Shown here in pieces: positions 23,642 through 34,458 of a stretch of 59,264 nucleotides of DNA (positions within the stretch are counted from its first letter, which is position 1; every line of letters begins with the position of its first letter). A program made the translations under genes and the position numbers. The DNA is from Actinomycetes bacterium (lineage in GTDB: Bacteria > Actinomycetota > Actinomycetes > S36-B12 > UBA5976): positions 1 through 59,264 of the forward strand of contig JAKALQ010000004.1 in the NCBI GenBank assembly GCA_021824095.1. The letters run 5' to 3'. The notes under the pieces were generated by a model. The model searched no databases and was not told the DNA's origin. It worked only from the letters and a program-made list of their open reading frames with translations.

Positions 23642-24835
23642 ATGCCGGGTTCGCAGCGGGCAGCGTCGGTCATCGTTGGGGGCGCGCGCACGCCCATCGG
23701 GCGCCTGCTTGGGGCACTCGGGTCGGTGTCGGCCGTGGAGCTTGGCGCGCACGCGGTGCGGGCGGCACTTGCACGCAGTGGCGTCACCGCTGGCGCCGTT
23801 GAACGGGTGATCCTCGGGAACGTGTTGCAGGCGGGGTTGGGGCAGAACCCGGCTCGGCAGGCGGCCGTCGCGGCCGGCATCCCCATGGGCGTACCCGCCG
23901 TCACCGTGAACAAGGTGTGCCTCTCCTCGCTTGAGGCCATCGTGCTCGCCGACCTCATGATTCGCGCTGGTGAGGCAGAGGTGATCGTCGCCGGCGGCAT
24001 GGAGTCGATGACGCAGGCGCCCCATGTCCTGCCGGCGCTGCGTGCCGGGGTGCGCTATGGCGACGCACGCCTCGTCGACACCACGGCGCATGACGCGCTC
24101 ACCTGCGCCTTCGACGGCATCTCCATGGGCGAGGCGACTGAGCGCTACACCGCTGCTGCGGGAATCGACCGCGCCGCGCAGGACGCCGTGGCCGTGGCCT
24201 CGCATGTCCGGGCTGCGGCTGCACAGGCGGCCGGCCGCTTCGACGACGAGCTCGTGCCTGTCGTGGTGCCCCAGCGGAGGGGCGACGACGTCGCGGTCGA
24301 CCGTGACGAGGGGGTGCGTCCCGACACCACCGAGGCGGGCCTCGCGCGCCTACGTCCGGCCTTCGCCGACGAGGGCACCCTCACGGCGGGCAACTCGAGT
24401 CAGATCAGCGACGGAGCGGCGGCGGTCGTCGTCATGTCGCGGGAGCGCGCGGAACGGGACGGGCTGCCGTGGCTGGCCGAGATCGTGGCCACCGGGTCGG
24501 TGGCGGGTCCGGACACGAGCCTGCTGTTCCAGCCGGCGAACGCCATCGAGCAGGCGTTGGCCCGGGCCGGGCTGCGCACTGCGGATGTCGACCTCGCCGA
24601 GATCAACGAGGCCTTCGCTGCCGTCGCGGTCGCCTCGCAGCGGCGGCTCGGCTGGTCCGATGCGATGGTGAACGTCGATGGTGGGGCCATCGCCCTTGGC
24701 CACCCCGTGGGAGCGTCCGGGGCGCGCATCGCGCTGCACCTGGCGCATGCGCTGCGGGCACGCGGTGGGGGGTTGGGTGCGGCCGCGCTCTGTGGTGGCG
24801 GCGGTCAGGGCGCGGCGGTGCTGCTGCGCGTGTGA
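23642..24835 (+). CDS. Acetyl-CoA C-acetyltransferase (thiolase)
   Basis: RTPIG, NKVCLS, NEAF, GHPVGASG, LCGGGGQG. Confidence 0.95.
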   Translation: MPGSQRAASVIVGGARTPIGRLLGALGSVSAVELGAHAVRAALARSGVTAGAVERVILGNVLQAGLGQNPARQAAVAAGIPMGVPAVTVNKVCLSSLEAIVLADLMIRAGEAEVIVAGGMESMTQAPHVLPALRAGVRYGDARLVDTTAHDALTCAFDGISMGEATERYTAAAGIDRAAQDAVAVASHVRAAAAQAAGRFDDELVPVVVPQRRGDDVAVDRDEGVRPDTTEAGLARLRPAFADEGTLTAGNSSQISDGAAAVVVMSRERAERDGLPWLAEIVATGSVAGPDTSLLFQPANAIEQALARAGLRTADVDLAEINEAFAAVAVASQRRLGWSDAMVNVDGGAIALGHPVGASGARIALHLAHALRARGGGLGAAALCGGGGQGAAVLLRV

Positions 24836-25000
24836 GGGGCCTGCCGAGCAGGGGCGCGGCGCCAGGGGTCGCGGCGCGAGGGTTGGGCGTTGTCGTCGGG
24901 TTGCCCGTCAGCGCGTCGGTGTCCGGCTCGGCGGTGAGCCGATGTCAGCCCGACGGCCTGCGAATCGCGGGCACGGGTGAGCCTTTGGCAGGATGTCGCC

Positions 25001-25906
25001 ATGGCCGACATGAACTTGCGCGGCGTCGTTGATCTCGGCGCACTCGCCGCGGCACGCAAGCAGGAGGCGGCGAGCGCGGCCGCCCGGGCGACGGCGCCGG
25101 TGGGCGCCATCATCGATGCCAGCGACGCCACCTTCGAGCGTGACGTCCTCCAGGCGTCCATGCGCGTCCCCGTCATCCTCGACTTCTGGGCAACCTGGTG
25201 CGGGCCCTGCCGCCAGCTGTCGCCCATCCTCGAGCGGCTGGCTGCCGAGTACGGCGGCCGCTTCCTGTTGGTGAAGGTCGACTCCGACGCCAACCCGGGC
25301 CTGTCGCAGGCCTTCCGAGTGCAGTCCATCCCGTCCGTCTTCGCCCTGCTTGGCGGGCAGCCTGCACCGCTGTTCCAGGGCGCATACCCGGAGCCGCAGG
25401 TGCGGCAGTACATCGATCGCGTCCTTGAGGTGGCGGCGCAGAACGGCATCACCGGCACGGTCGGGGGCGCAGCGCCGGAGGCACCGGAGGCGGAGCCCGA
25501 GGAGGATCCGCGCTACGTCGCCATCCACGAGTCCATCGAGGCGGGGCACTTCGATGCGGCGGCCGACGCGGCCAAGGCGCTCGCGGACGCGCGTGATCCG
25601 GAGGGCCCCGCGCTCGTCGCGTATGTGTCGATGCGTCGGCGCATGGCGGGCACCACGGAGGCTCTGGCGCGGGCTGCGTTCGCAGCGGCTCCGTCGAGTG
25701 TCGCGGCGGTGCTGGCGGTGAGCGACTTCGACTTCCTCACCGGGGGGCCCAGCGTCACCTACGACCGCTTGATCGCCGCGCTGCGCACGTCCGCTGGTGA
25801 CGACCGCACGGCCATCCGCGACCGACTGCTCGAGTACTTCGCCGTCGACGGCAACACCCCCGAGACCACGGCCGCCCGCAAGTCCATGACCGCCGCCCTC
25901 TTCTGA
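25001..25906 (+). CDS. YbbN/CnoX-like thioredoxin-TPR co-chaperone
   Basis: DFWATWCGPC, VQSIP, helical C-terminus ending AALF. Confidence 0.9.
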   Translation: MADMNLRGVVDLGALAAARKQEAASAAARATAPVGAIIDASDATFERDVLQASMRVPVILDFWATWCGPCRQLSPILERLAAEYGGRFLLVKVDSDANPGLSQAFRVQSIPSVFALLGGQPAPLFQGAYPEPQVRQYIDRVLEVAAQNGITGTVGGAAPEAPEAEPEEDPRYVAIHESIEAGHFDAAADAAKALADARDPEGPALVAYVSMRRRMAGTTEALARAAFAAAPSSVAAVLAVSDFDFLTGGPSVTYDRLIAALRTSAGDDRTAIRDRLLEYFAVDGNTPETTAARKSMTAALF

Positions 25907-25922
25907 CGCGCCGCCTTCCGCG

Positions 25923-25980
25923 CTAGGACTCAAAACGGGCTGAAATTCGTCCCGAATTGTCCGCCCGTTTTGAGTCCTAG
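25923..25980. repeat. 58-bp palindrome, family A, left copy
   Basis: 18-bp perfect IR CTAGGACTCAAAACGGGC/GCCCGTTTTGAGTCCTAG with 22-nt spacer. Confidence 0.95.
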
Positions 25981-27012
25981 TCCGAAGTCCTCCTGACGGT
26001 GGGAGCGCCGTACTCGGCGCGGGGGCTCCCAGCGCGGGGTCATGCCGTACTCCGGGTCATACGGCTGCAGGGTCACCCCGAGCGCGTGGGCGAGTTCGTG
26101 CCACCGGGGGCCGTCGGGCGCGCCGACGTCGTCGTACTGCATGCGCACCACGCGCCACCCCGCCTGCCGGAGGTCGTCCTCCCGCCGCTTCTCCGCGATG
26201 AGCGCATCCATGCCCACCGCGTACTTCTCACGCCCGTCGAGTTCGAGGACGACCCGACGCTCCGGCCAGGCCAGATCTGCCCGGTAGGACGCCCCGCTGG
26301 CACCCACGAGCGGCAGCTGCAGTCGCGGCTCGGGCAGGTGCCGGGCAAGTGTGCGGCCGCGAGCCATCGACTCCAGCCCCGACTCGGCTGTGGGTTCCGC
26401 CCAGCGAATGGCAGGGCGAAGCACCCGAGTCCCCGGCCAGCCGGACATGTAGCGCGCCAGGAGGACGAGTTCGTCACGACCCGCGCCCAGCGCAAGCGCG
26501 TGGTCGAGGGTGACGAGGGCTCGTTCGAATGGGCAGTTGCGGGCAAGGTCGAGCGCCGTTCGGGCGACCGTCGTCACCCGAAGCCCATTGCGATCGACGA
26601 CGTGGCTGGATGCATACTGTGCGGGAAGTGTGCGGACGTCACCGCCGAGTCGCGCGCCGAAGGCCTCCCGAGTGCGCAGGATGACGAGTTCTCGCGCACG
26701 CGAATCCGTTGTGTAGGGCGTGCGCATACCCCAGACGATCGCTGCGCTGGTGTGGGCGATGATCGCGTCCCTGCCAAGCCTGCGAGCGCGTGCGTCGATC
26801 CATTCGCGTGCGTCCAAGGCCTCGTGCTCCGCGTCGCGATAGAGCCCAGGGCCGACACGTTCGATGCGCCCATTGCCGTGCAGGGTGCGCAGTTGCGCCC
26901 GGGTCAGGCCGGCCGCCTCAGCCTCCTGAAGGCCAAAGACGCCAGCAGGGAGCTTCCCGCGTCGTGCACTGGCGTCGTTCGCGGAGGACTGGGGTGGGGG
27001 CGGCGGCATCAC
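25930..27012 (-). CDS. AbiEi-like N-terminal wHTH + AbiEi C-terminal + DUF559/Vsr-like endonuclease domain protein
   Basis: AGLT...L...G.IERVGPGLY, AH.SAA..WG, VTTVARTALDLAR, AESGLES, ADLAWP...VVLELDG..KY, EKRREDDLRQAGWRVVR; start GTG 27012 or ATG 27009. Confidence 0.85.
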   Translation of the reverse strand: MMPPPPPQSSANDASARRGKLPAGVFGLQEAEAAGLTRAQLRTLHGNGRIERVGPGLYRDAEHEALDAREWIDARARRLGRDAIIAHTSAAIVWGMRTPYTTDSRARELVILRTREAFGARLGGDVRTLPAQYASSHVVDRNGLRVTTVARTALDLARNCPFERALVTLDHALALGAGRDELVLLARYMSGWPGTRVLRPAIRWAEPTAESGLESMARGRTLARHLPEPRLQLPLVGASGASYRADLAWPERRVVLELDGREKYAVGMDALIAEKRREDDLRQAGWRVVRMQYDDVGAPDGPRWHELAHALGVTLQPYDPEYGMTPRWEPPRRVRRSHRQEDFGLGLKTGGQFGTNFSPF

Positions 27013-27081
27013 CGCGTCATGGTGCCGAGCAACCCTCGCAGCCGCGTTGCCCGTCCACAGGCCCACAAGGCGCATTCCATG

Positions 27082-27139
27082 CTAGGACTCAGAACGGGCG
27101 GACAAACCACCACAAAATTCAACCCGTTTTGAGTCCTAG
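27082..27139. repeat. 58-bp palindrome, family A, right copy
   Basis: CTAGGACTCAGAACGGG...CCCGTTTTGAGTCCTAG; spacer GGACAA...TTCA matches the reverse complement of the left copy. Confidence 0.95.
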
Positions 27140-27143
27140 CGTG

Positions 27144-29426
27144 TCAGGAACGAGGGGTGAGCCAGACGGTGGCCATGGGTGGGACGACGATGACCGCGGA
27201 TGCTGGGCGTCCGTAGTGCGGGGTGTCGGTCGCCAGGATGATGCCACCACGTGCGTCCGCGTCACGCTCGCCACCGGGCCGCGCGCTGCCCGCGTCACCC
27301 GCGTCACCCGCGTCACCCGCGTCGCCCGCGCTGCCACCGTTGCCCAGGCCGGAGCCGCCGAAGCGGGCCTCGTCGGTGTTCAGCACCTCCTGCCACTCGC
27401 CCGCGAAGGGCAGTGCGATCCGATGCTGCAGCAATGGCACCGGCGAGAAGTTCGTGACCGACGCGAGCACCTCGCCGTCATGGCCCCAGCGCAGCCAGGC
27501 CAACGTGTTGTGCGCCGCATCATCCGAGTCGAGCCACTCGAAGCCGGCCGGCTCGTTGTCGCGCTGCCACAGCGCGGGCGTCGCGCGGTAGACGCGGTTC
27601 ATCTCGCGCACCGCCGCCTGCACCCCCTGGTGCTCCGCGAACTGCAGCAGCCACCAGTCGAGCGAGTTCGCGGCATTCCACTCGTTCGACTGCGCGAACT
27701 CGCCGCCCATGAAGAGCAGCTGCTTGCCCGGGTGCGCCCACATGAAGCCGAAGTACGCCCGCAGTGTCGCGAGCTGCTGCCAGCGATCGCCCGGCATGCG
27801 GTCGATGAGCGACCCCTTGCCGTGCACCACCTCGTCATGCGACAGCGGCAGGATGAAGCGCTCGCTCCACGCGTAGACGAGCGAGAACGTCATCTCGTTG
27901 TGGTGGTACTGCTTGTAGATGGGGTCGCGCTTCAGGTACTCGAGGGTGTCGTGCATCCAGCCCATGTTCCACTTGAGCCCGAACCCGAGCCCGCCCCACT
28001 GCACGTCATTCGTGACGCCCGGCCACGCGGTGGACTCCTCGGCGATTGCGAGCACACCCGGCGTACGCGCCCGCAGCACCGACGTCATCTCGCGCAGGAA
28101 CTCCACCGCCTCGAGGTTCTCGCGCCCGCCGTATTGGTTGGGCACCCACTCGCCTGATTCGCGCGAGTAGTCGCGGTAGAGCATGGACGCGACGGCGTCG
28201 ACACGCAGCGCGTCGACGTGGAACTGCTCCACCCAGTACACGGCGTTCGCGACGAGGAAGTTGCGCACCTCCGTGCGACCGAAGTCGAAGATGTACGTTC
28301 CCCAGTCCATGTGCTCGCCGATGCGCGGATCCGGGTGCTCGTACAGCGCCGTGCCGTCGAAGCGGCCGAGCGCCCAGTCGTCCTTCGGGAAGTGCGCCGG
28401 CACCCAGTCGACGATCACGCCGATGCCGGCGTTGTGCAGGGTGTCGATGAGGTGGCGCAGGTCGTCGGGATCGCCGAAGCGCGACGTGGGCGCGAAGTAG
28501 CCCGTCACCTGGTAGCCCCAGGACGGCTCGAACGGATGCTGTGCCACGGGCAGGAACTCGACGTGCGTGAAGCCCTGCTCGACGACGTACTCGGTGAGCT
28601 GCTCGGCGAGCTGCCGGTATGAGAGCCCGCGGCGCCACGACCCGAGATGCACCTCGTACACGCTCATCGGCGCGTTCACCGGGTCGACGGTGGCGCGCTG
28701 CGCCATCCACGCATCGTCATGCCACTCGTAGCGTGACGTGTACACGACGGACGCCGTGGCCGGTGGCACCTCGGTGTGCTGCGCCATGGGATCGGCCTTG
28801 TCGCGCATGTGCCCGTCCGGGCCGGTGATGCGGAACTTGTAGACGGCCCCGTCGCCGACGAAGGGCACGAACAGCTCCCACACGCCGCTCACGCCGAGCG
28901 AGCGCATGGGGTGCGCCGAGCCATCCCAGTGGTTGAAGTCGCCGACGACCTGCACGCCGCGCGCATTCGGCGCCCACACCGAGAAGGCCGTGCCCTGCAC
29001 GTCGCCCATGGGGGAGGGGAAGGTGCGGGTGTGCGCCCCGAGCACCCGGAAGGACTCCTGCAGCTGGCCGGCGTGGAACAGGTGCAGGTCGTACTCGCTG
29101 ATGGTCGGGAGGAAGCGGTACGGATCATCGGCCGGCACGGCGTCACCGGAGTAGCGCACCTCAAGCCGGTAGTCCGGCACCTCGGCACCGGGCAGCGTCA
29201 CCGTCCACACGCCACGGTGCTCGTGCCGCGCGGCATGGCGGCCGTCGGCGGTGATGACGACGACGCTGAGCGCGAAGGGACGCAGGACGCGGATCGTGCA
29301 CGCGGCTCCATGCGGATGCGGCCCGAGCACGCTGTGCGGGTCATGGTGGCGGCCCTCGACGATGGCGTCGATGACGGCGAAGTCCACCGGCAGCGTCTCG
29401 AGCGGTGCGTCCTGCGTTCCCATCAT
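27144..29426 (-). CDS. glgB: 1,4-alpha-glucan branching enzyme
   Basis: [48 protein letters not shown]. Confidence 0.98.
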   Translation of the reverse strand: MMGTQDAPLETLPVDFAVIDAIVEGRHHDPHSVLGPHPHGAACTIRVLRPFALSVVVITADGRHAARHEHRGVWTVTLPGAEVPDYRLEVRYSGDAVPADDPYRFLPTISEYDLHLFHAGQLQESFRVLGAHTRTFPSPMGDVQGTAFSVWAPNARGVQVVGDFNHWDGSAHPMRSLGVSGVWELFVPFVGDGAVYKFRITGPDGHMRDKADPMAQHTEVPPATASVVYTSRYEWHDDAWMAQRATVDPVNAPMSVYEVHLGSWRRGLSYRQLAEQLTEYVVEQGFTHVEFLPVAQHPFEPSWGYQVTGYFAPTSRFGDPDDLRHLIDTLHNAGIGVIVDWVPAHFPKDDWALGRFDGTALYEHPDPRIGEHMDWGTYIFDFGRTEVRNFLVANAVYWVEQFHVDALRVDAVASMLYRDYSRESGEWVPNQYGGRENLEAVEFLREMTSVLRARTPGVLAIAEESTAWPGVTNDVQWGGLGFGLKWNMGWMHDTLEYLKRDPIYKQYHHNEMTFSLVYAWSERFILPLSHDEVVHGKGSLIDRMPGDRWQQLATLRAYFGFMWAHPGKQLLFMGGEFAQSNEWNAANSLDWWLLQFAEHQGVQAAVREMNRVYRATPALWQRDNEPAGFEWLDSDDAAHNTLAWLRWGHDGEVLASVTNFSPVPLLQHRIALPFAGEWQEVLNTDEARFGGSGLGNGGSAGDAGDAGDAGDAGSARPGGERDADARGGIILATDTPHYGRPASAVIVVPPMATVWLTPRS
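27282..27335. repeat. 9-bp in-frame tandem repeat (6 units) inside glgB
   Basis: CGCGTCACC x3 plus variants, encoding GSA-(GDA)4-GSA. Confidence 0.9.
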
Positions 29427-29451
29427 GTGCTCCTCGTCGTCGAGGCTCCCA

Positions 29452-31419
29452 TCATGCCCGTCCGATCGCGATGACGTGCGCGACCGCGCGGAACGGGTCG
29501 AGCTCGACATAGGCCTCGCGACTCCACGTCCACACATTGCCGGAGACGAGGTCCTCGGCGCGAACGGCGGCATCCCAGTCCAGCCCGAGCGCGGGCAGGT
29601 CGAGACGAACGGTGCCATGCGCCGGCACCCGCGGGTCGAGGGTGCAGATGGTGAGCACCACGTCGTCGTGGTCGCGGCGCGAGTAGGCGATGAGCGAGTC
29701 GTTGTCGGTCTCGTGGAAGGTGATGTCGCGCAGCGTCTGCAGCGCGGGATGCTCGCGGCGGATGCGGTTGAGCAACGTGAGGTAGGGCGCGAGGCTGCGT
29801 CCCTCGGCCTCAGCGGCCGCCCAGTCGCGCGGACGGTACTGGTACTTCTCGCTGTCGAGGTACTCCTCGCTGCCCGGACGCACTGCGGTGCCCTCGTACA
29901 GCTCGAAGCCAGCGTAGATGCCGTACGTCGGCACCATGGTTGCGGCGAGTGTGGCGCGGATGGCGAAACCGGCGGGGCCGCTCACCTGCAGGAACTCGTG
30001 CAGGATGTCGGGCGTGTTCGGGAAGAAGTTCGGACGCATGTAGGCGGCTGCCGGGCCACTGAGCTCGCGCAGGTACTCCTCAAGCCCGGCCTTGTCGTTG
30101 CGCCAGGTGAAGTAGGTGTACGACTGCTGGAACCCGACCTCACCGAGCACGCGCATCATGGCCGGCCGCGTGAAGGCCTCGGCGAGGAAGATGACGTCCG
30201 GGTCGGTGGCGTTGATGGCCGCAATGAGCCGCTCCCACATCCACACCGGCTTCGTGTGCGGGTTGTCGACGCGGAAGATGCGCACGCCGTGGGCCATCCA
30301 GAAGCGCACGATGCGCTCCACCTCGGCGTACAGGCCCTCGGGGTCCTCATCGAAGAACATCGGGTAGATGTCCTGGTACTTCTTCGGTGGGTTCTCGGCG
30401 TAGGCGATGGTGCCATCGGCGCGGCGCTTGAACCACTCCGGGTGCGACCGCACCCAGGGGTGGTCGGGGGACGCCTGCAGTGCGAGGTCGAGGGCCACCT
30501 CCATGCCGAGCCGCCGGGTCTCGGTGACGAAGGCATCGAAGTCGGCGAGGGTGCCGAGGTCGGGGTGCACGGCATCGTGCCCACCCGCGGCACCACCGAC
30601 GGCCCACGGCGAACCGGGGTCACCCGCGGCAGGGGTGAGCGAGTTGTTCGGGCCCTTGCGGTGCGTGACCCCGATGGGGTGGATGGGCGGCAGGTACACG
30701 ACATCGAAGCCCATGGCTGCCACTGCGGGCAGGCGCTTCGCGGCCGTCGCGAAGGTGCCCGAGTGCACGCCATCGGAGCCCTCGCTGCGCGGGAAGAACT
30801 CGTACCAGGAGCCGACGAGGGCGCGCCGACGCTCGACCTTCACCGGGAAGCGCGGGGATCGGGCGACGAGGTCGCGCACCGGGAAGTCATGCATGGCACG
30901 GTCGAGCACCGGGTCGAAGGCCACCGTGAGGCGCTGCTGCGGGTCGCCACTCGTATCGCGCAGTGCCGCAATTGCCGCGCGTGCGGCTTCCCGCGCCTCC
31001 GCGGGGGCATTGAGCAGCGTCGACCCGAGGGCGCGCTCGATGAGGTTGGACCCCTCGAGCAGCTCGAGTTCGACGTCGACGCCCGCCGGCACCTTGAGCC
31101 CGGCCGCGTGGTGCCATGTGCCCCACGGGTCGTCCCAGGCCTCGACGACGAAGGCGGCGGACCCGATGAGCGCGGGGCGCACCCGGGCCGACCAGCGGTC
31201 CTGCCGGGTCATCGTGGCGCGCACGGGGTGCTCGCTTCCGTCCGCCTCGATGAGCACCATGGTGACGCCGAGTGCGTCATGGCCCTCACGGAAGACGGTG
31301 GCACGGATGTCGAAGGCCTCGCCCTCGACGGCCTTGATGGCGCGTGCGCCACTCGCGATCGTGGGCTGCACGTCGAGGATCGGGAAGCGGTTGGGGTACT
31401 GGCGCTCGGTTGCGGTCAC
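29452..31419 (-). CDS. glgE: Alpha-1,4-glucan:maltose-1-phosphate maltosyltransferase
   Basis: [42 protein letters not shown]. Confidence 0.97.
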   Translation of the reverse strand: MTATERQYPNRFPILDVQPTIASGARAIKAVEGEAFDIRATVFREGHDALGVTMVLIEADGSEHPVRATMTRQDRWSARVRPALIGSAAFVVEAWDDPWGTWHHAAGLKVPAGVDVELELLEGSNLIERALGSTLLNAPAEAREAARAAIAALRDTSGDPQQRLTVAFDPVLDRAMHDFPVRDLVARSPRFPVKVERRRALVGSWYEFFPRSEGSDGVHSGTFATAAKRLPAVAAMGFDVVYLPPIHPIGVTHRKGPNNSLTPAAGDPGSPWAVGGAAGGHDAVHPDLGTLADFDAFVTETRRLGMEVALDLALQASPDHPWVRSHPEWFKRRADGTIAYAENPPKKYQDIYPMFFDEDPEGLYAEVERIVRFWMAHGVRIFRVDNPHTKPVWMWERLIAAINATDPDVIFLAEAFTRPAMMRVLGEVGFQQSYTYFTWRNDKAGLEEYLRELSGPAAAYMRPNFFPNTPDILHEFLQVSGPAGFAIRATLAATMVPTYGIYAGFELYEGTAVRPGSEEYLDSEKYQYRPRDWAAAEAEGRSLAPYLTLLNRIRREHPALQTLRDITFHETDNDSLIAYSRRDHDDVVLTICTLDPRVPAHGTVRLDLPALGLDWDAAVRAEDLVSGNVWTWSREAYVELDPFRAVAHVIAIGRA

Positions 31420-31615
31420 GGTGGGCTGCTCCGTCGGTTCGTCACGGCTCGGTCGACCGCCGGGGCGGCCATGGACGACGGGATCGTCCGGCCCAACCGT
31501 ATTGAGTGGGGGTCGCGCAGGGCAGGGCCCGACCGTCCCATGACCGAATCGTTGCGGAGTTGCGTGCCGTTGCGTGCGCGAGGCCCGTGTCGGGCCCGGT
31601 GGATACGATGCCGAC

Positions 31616-32260
31616 ATGGACATGCGGGCACTCGTCGTCGACTGGGGTGGCGTGCTCACGGGCAGTGTGGATGCGGGCATCCAGCGCTTCCTCGACGGTG
31701 AGACGTTCGACCTGCGCGCCTACGCCGAGGTGATGGGTCGCTGGTTCGGCGAGATCGGCCGAGTGGAGGCGCGACTCAACCCCATCCACGCACTGGAGCG
31801 CGGCGAGATGAGCGGGCCCGACTTCGAGGAGCGCCTTGCCCGCGAGATGGCGGCCATCACCGGGGTGCACCTTGAGCCCGCGGGGCTCCTGCAGCGTATG
31901 TTCCAGCACTTCGGCCACGCGCACGAGATGTACGCGCTCGTGCGCCGGGCCCACGAACTCGGCATCGCGACCGGGCTGCTCTCGAACTCCTGGGGTAACG
32001 ACTACCCGCGCGAGATGTGGACGGACATGTTCGACGTCGTCGTCATCTCGGGGGAGGTGGGGCTGCGCAAGCCGGAGCCCGCGATCTTCCACCTCACCTC
32101 CGATCGGCTCGGGCTCGAGCCGCAACAGTGCGTGTTCGTCGATGACCTCCGGCACAACGTGGATGCCGCAGTGGCACTGGGTTGGGTCGGGGTGCACCAC
32201 CGCACCTACGCCGAGACCGCGGCAGAGCTCGAGGCCATCTTCGGGCTGCCGCTGGCATGA
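31616..32260 (+). CDS. HAD-superfamily hydrolase
   Basis: DWGGV, LLSN, RKPEPAIF, FVDD. Confidence 0.92.
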   Translation: MDMRALVVDWGGVLTGSVDAGIQRFLDGETFDLRAYAEVMGRWFGEIGRVEARLNPIHALERGEMSGPDFEERLAREMAAITGVHLEPAGLLQRMFQHFGHAHEMYALVRRAHELGIATGLLSNSWGNDYPREMWTDMFDVVVISGEVGLRKPEPAIFHLTSDRLGLEPQQCVFVDDLRHNVDAAVALGWVGVHHRTYAETAAELEAIFGLPLA

Positions 32261-32267
32261 TGGCGCC

Positions 32268-32636
32268 ATGCGCGTGTACATCCCGGTGACGGTCGCCGAC
32301 GTCGAGCGTCGGCGTGCCGAGGGCTTCTGGACGATTGGGGCGCGACGTGCCTGGGCAGCCAATCGGCAACTTGCGCTCGCGCTGCCCGATGAGGACGACG
32401 AGGGCCGCGAGTTCATCGCCTCACTCACGGCGGCGTCGGAGTCGTCCGCTCACCTCGCCATGGCCTGCGACCTGCCCACCACGATGATGGGCGACGAGGG
32501 TGTGAACGGTGAGGTGGAGGTCGCGGGTGTGGTGCGCGACCACGACGTGGCCTGCCTGTTCCGGCTCGATCCCGATGACGACGAGGCGCTGCAATGGTTC
32601 GCACCGACGGAGTTCGACGGCCTGCTCGCACGCTGA
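32268..32636 (+). CDS. Conserved actinobacterial hypothetical protein (DUF6912-like)
   Basis: MRVYIP.T, D.E..EF.A...AA, L.WF...E pattern. Confidence 0.6.
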   Translation: MRVYIPVTVADVERRRAEGFWTIGARRAWAANRQLALALPDEDDEGREFIASLTAASESSAHLAMACDLPTTMMGDEGVNGEVEVAGVVRDHDVACLFRLDPDDDEALQWFAPTEFDGLLAR

Positions 32637-32667
32637 GGCGTTGCGGGCTGCCGCACCGACCGCGCGC

Positions 32668-33117
32668 TCAGGCGAGCGCCTCGGCCTCGGCTCGCACCGC
32701 CTGCTCGAAGTGCTCGCGCACGATGGCCTCCGCAAGTGCGCTGGCAAGGCCGATGCGGGCCTCGATCGTCACCACCACGTGCAGCACGCAGCGGTCGTCA
32801 TGCTCCTTGAACTCCAGGGTGCCGGTGATGGTGATCGGCAGGCCGGTCACCTCGGCGTGCACGTCGAAGCCCTGCTGGGTCGGCACCCTCGTCTCGAGCA
32901 ACTCGATGCTGTCGGACTTCAGGAAGGAGCGCAGCGTCGACGGTGCCGCATAGACGCGGCTGATCACCGAGGTTCCGTCGGGGCGCACCTCGGCGGCCGA
33001 CGCGAGCGGAGCCGACGCCTGCGCAAGACGTTCAAGCTCGGCGGGGTCCATGAGTCGACCCCGGACCGCCCCCGCAGTCATGGGGATCGGGAAGGTCAGG
33101 TCGACGGTCTTGGCCAC
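32668..33117 (-). CDS. DUF2505-like (START/SRPBCC-fold) protein
   Basis: Size, P....F, P.TI.GT, EARI..G...E pattern. Confidence 0.55.
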   Translation of the reverse strand: MAKTVDLTFPIPMTAGAVRGRLMDPAELERLAQASAPLASAAEVRPDGTSVISRVYAAPSTLRSFLKSDSIELLETRVPTQQGFDVHAEVTGLPITITGTLEFKEHDDRCVLHVVVTIEARIGLASALAEAIVREHFEQAVRAEAEALA

Positions 33118-33121
33118 AGGC

Positions 33122-33316
33122 TCATGGTAGCGAGCGACGTCCGTTGCGGATGGCCTTCGCGATGCCCGCCGCACCGAACACGATGAGCGCGCCGGGGACA
33201 AGCCAGCGCAGGTCAAGGCTCACGTCCATGGTCTCCCGCAGGACGACGAGCCCCGCAACGATGAGGAACACCAAGCCCCAGACGAAGGCCGTGCCGTCGA
33301 AGTCGTGACTACGCAT
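33122..33316 (-). CDS. Small 2-TM membrane protein of the pspC operon
   Basis: MR.H..D....V.GLVF, W..P..LI..G; overlaps the pspC-domain gene end. Confidence 0.75.
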   Translation of the reverse strand: MRSHDFDGTAFVWGLVFLIVAGLVVLRETMDVSLDLRWLVPGALIVFGAAGIAKAIRNGRRSLP

Positions 33317-34424
33317 AGCGCACCTCCAGGGTGCCGATCGAGACGGAGAGGTCGTAGCGAATGACCGGAGCGCCGGGTGTGTCGGTGGCGCCGAGGACCA
33401 GCTGCCGCGATACGTCGGATCCAGAGCGATCCGCGGTGTCGGGGGTGCGCAGCTGGCCGAGGGCGACGTGCGTGGTGAGCACGTACTCGGCGTTCGACTG
33501 TGACGGGATGAGGACCCGGAGGGTGCCGATACCAACGGAGGCAGACCCGCTGCTCGGCATCGAGCCGTCCAGCGTCCGAAGGTCGAGCGTGGCGTCACCA
33601 ACGCCGAGGGAGTACGCGCCCGCAGGGGCCGTCGCCACCGGAATCCAGGTGCGGTTGCCGACGTCGGTGTGACCACGCCACACGGGCGGCGCCGCGAGTG
33701 CGGTGAGCAGCAGGCCCAATGCGATGAGCCCGCGGGCACGCCCGGCGAAGGCAGACACCACGAGGCCGAGGCCGACAATGGCGAGCATCACGGCGAGCAC
33801 GATGGGATACGAGATCGTGCTGCCGGCCCAGTGCATGGCGATGGCGACGCCGATGACGATGAGCAGCAGGTTCCACACGACGCGTCCGATCGGTGAGCGT
33901 GGGGCGTCATGCACGAACGCGGTGCCCGCCGGTGTCTCGATGGTGACGGTCTTGCCGTCGGGCCCCTTGTCGACGGTGACGGTACTGCCCGCCCACTCCG
34001 TCGTGTGCGTCTCGCGCGTGCCACGGAACCAGTCCTGGCCGAAGGCCTGCCAGACGACGACGCCGACGAGCACGAGCAGGAACACGCCGAAGGCGCCCTG
34101 GCCGTTGAATGGCGTGAGGTTGGCCACTGCGGCGAGTGTGAGCGCGGCGAGGACGATGGCGAGGATGAGCTTGCCGAGTCGTGAGCCCTCGCGATGCGAC
34201 GAGACGACGGTGGCGCCGGTGTCGTCCGGGATGAGCAACCAGGCGAGCGCGTAGGCGAACAGCCCCGCGCCACCCGCGATGGTGAAGGCGGCGACGATGA
34301 CGCGCACGATGATCGGGTCGATGCCGAGGGTGCGTGCGATCCCGCCGCAGACGCCGGCGATGACGCGGTCCTCCCGGCTCCGGCGGAGGGGCGGCCGCAT
34401 TGCGGGGTGCTGCTGTTCGCTCAT
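33309..34424 (-). CDS. PspC-domain membrane protein with C-terminal LiaF-like domain
   Basis: RRSREDRVIAGVCGGIA..LGIDP..VR, Y...WLLIP; G.G...LDL. Confidence 0.9.
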   Translation of the reverse strand: MSEQQHPAMRPPLRRSREDRVIAGVCGGIARTLGIDPIIVRVIVAAFTIAGGAGLFAYALAWLLIPDDTGATVVSSHREGSRLGKLILAIVLAALTLAAVANLTPFNGQGAFGVFLLVLVGVVVWQAFGQDWFRGTRETHTTEWAGSTVTVDKGPDGKTVTIETPAGTAFVHDAPRSPIGRVVWNLLLIVIGVAIAMHWAGSTISYPIVLAVMLAIVGLGLVVSAFAGRARGLIALGLLLTALAAPPVWRGHTDVGNRTWIPVATAPAGAYSLGVGDATLDLRTLDGSMPSSGSASVGIGTLRVLIPSQSNAEYVLTTHVALGQLRTPDTADRSGSDVSRQLVLGATDTPGAPVIRYDLSVSIGTLEVRYA

Positions 34425-34458
34425 GGCTCCAGTGTCGACGCCCGCGACGGCCCCGGCA

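Larger units (their letters stand above)
25923..27139. mobile_element. Putative palindrome-bounded AbiEi/DUF559 cassette (non-canonical element)
   Basis: Two related 58-bp palindromes in inverted orientation enclose one gene between conserved ybbN and glgB; no transposase motif or TSD seen; mobility is inferred. Confidence 0.5.

Noticed and set aside
25930-27012. Type IV toxin-antitoxin module or classical IS
   Set aside because: No adjacent AbiEii nucleotidyltransferase; no DDE, HUH or recombinase motifs; no TSD
29427-29451. Absence of treS/pep2 between glgE and glgB
   Set aside because: Direct glgE-glgB adjacency is the known mycobacterial-type arrangement
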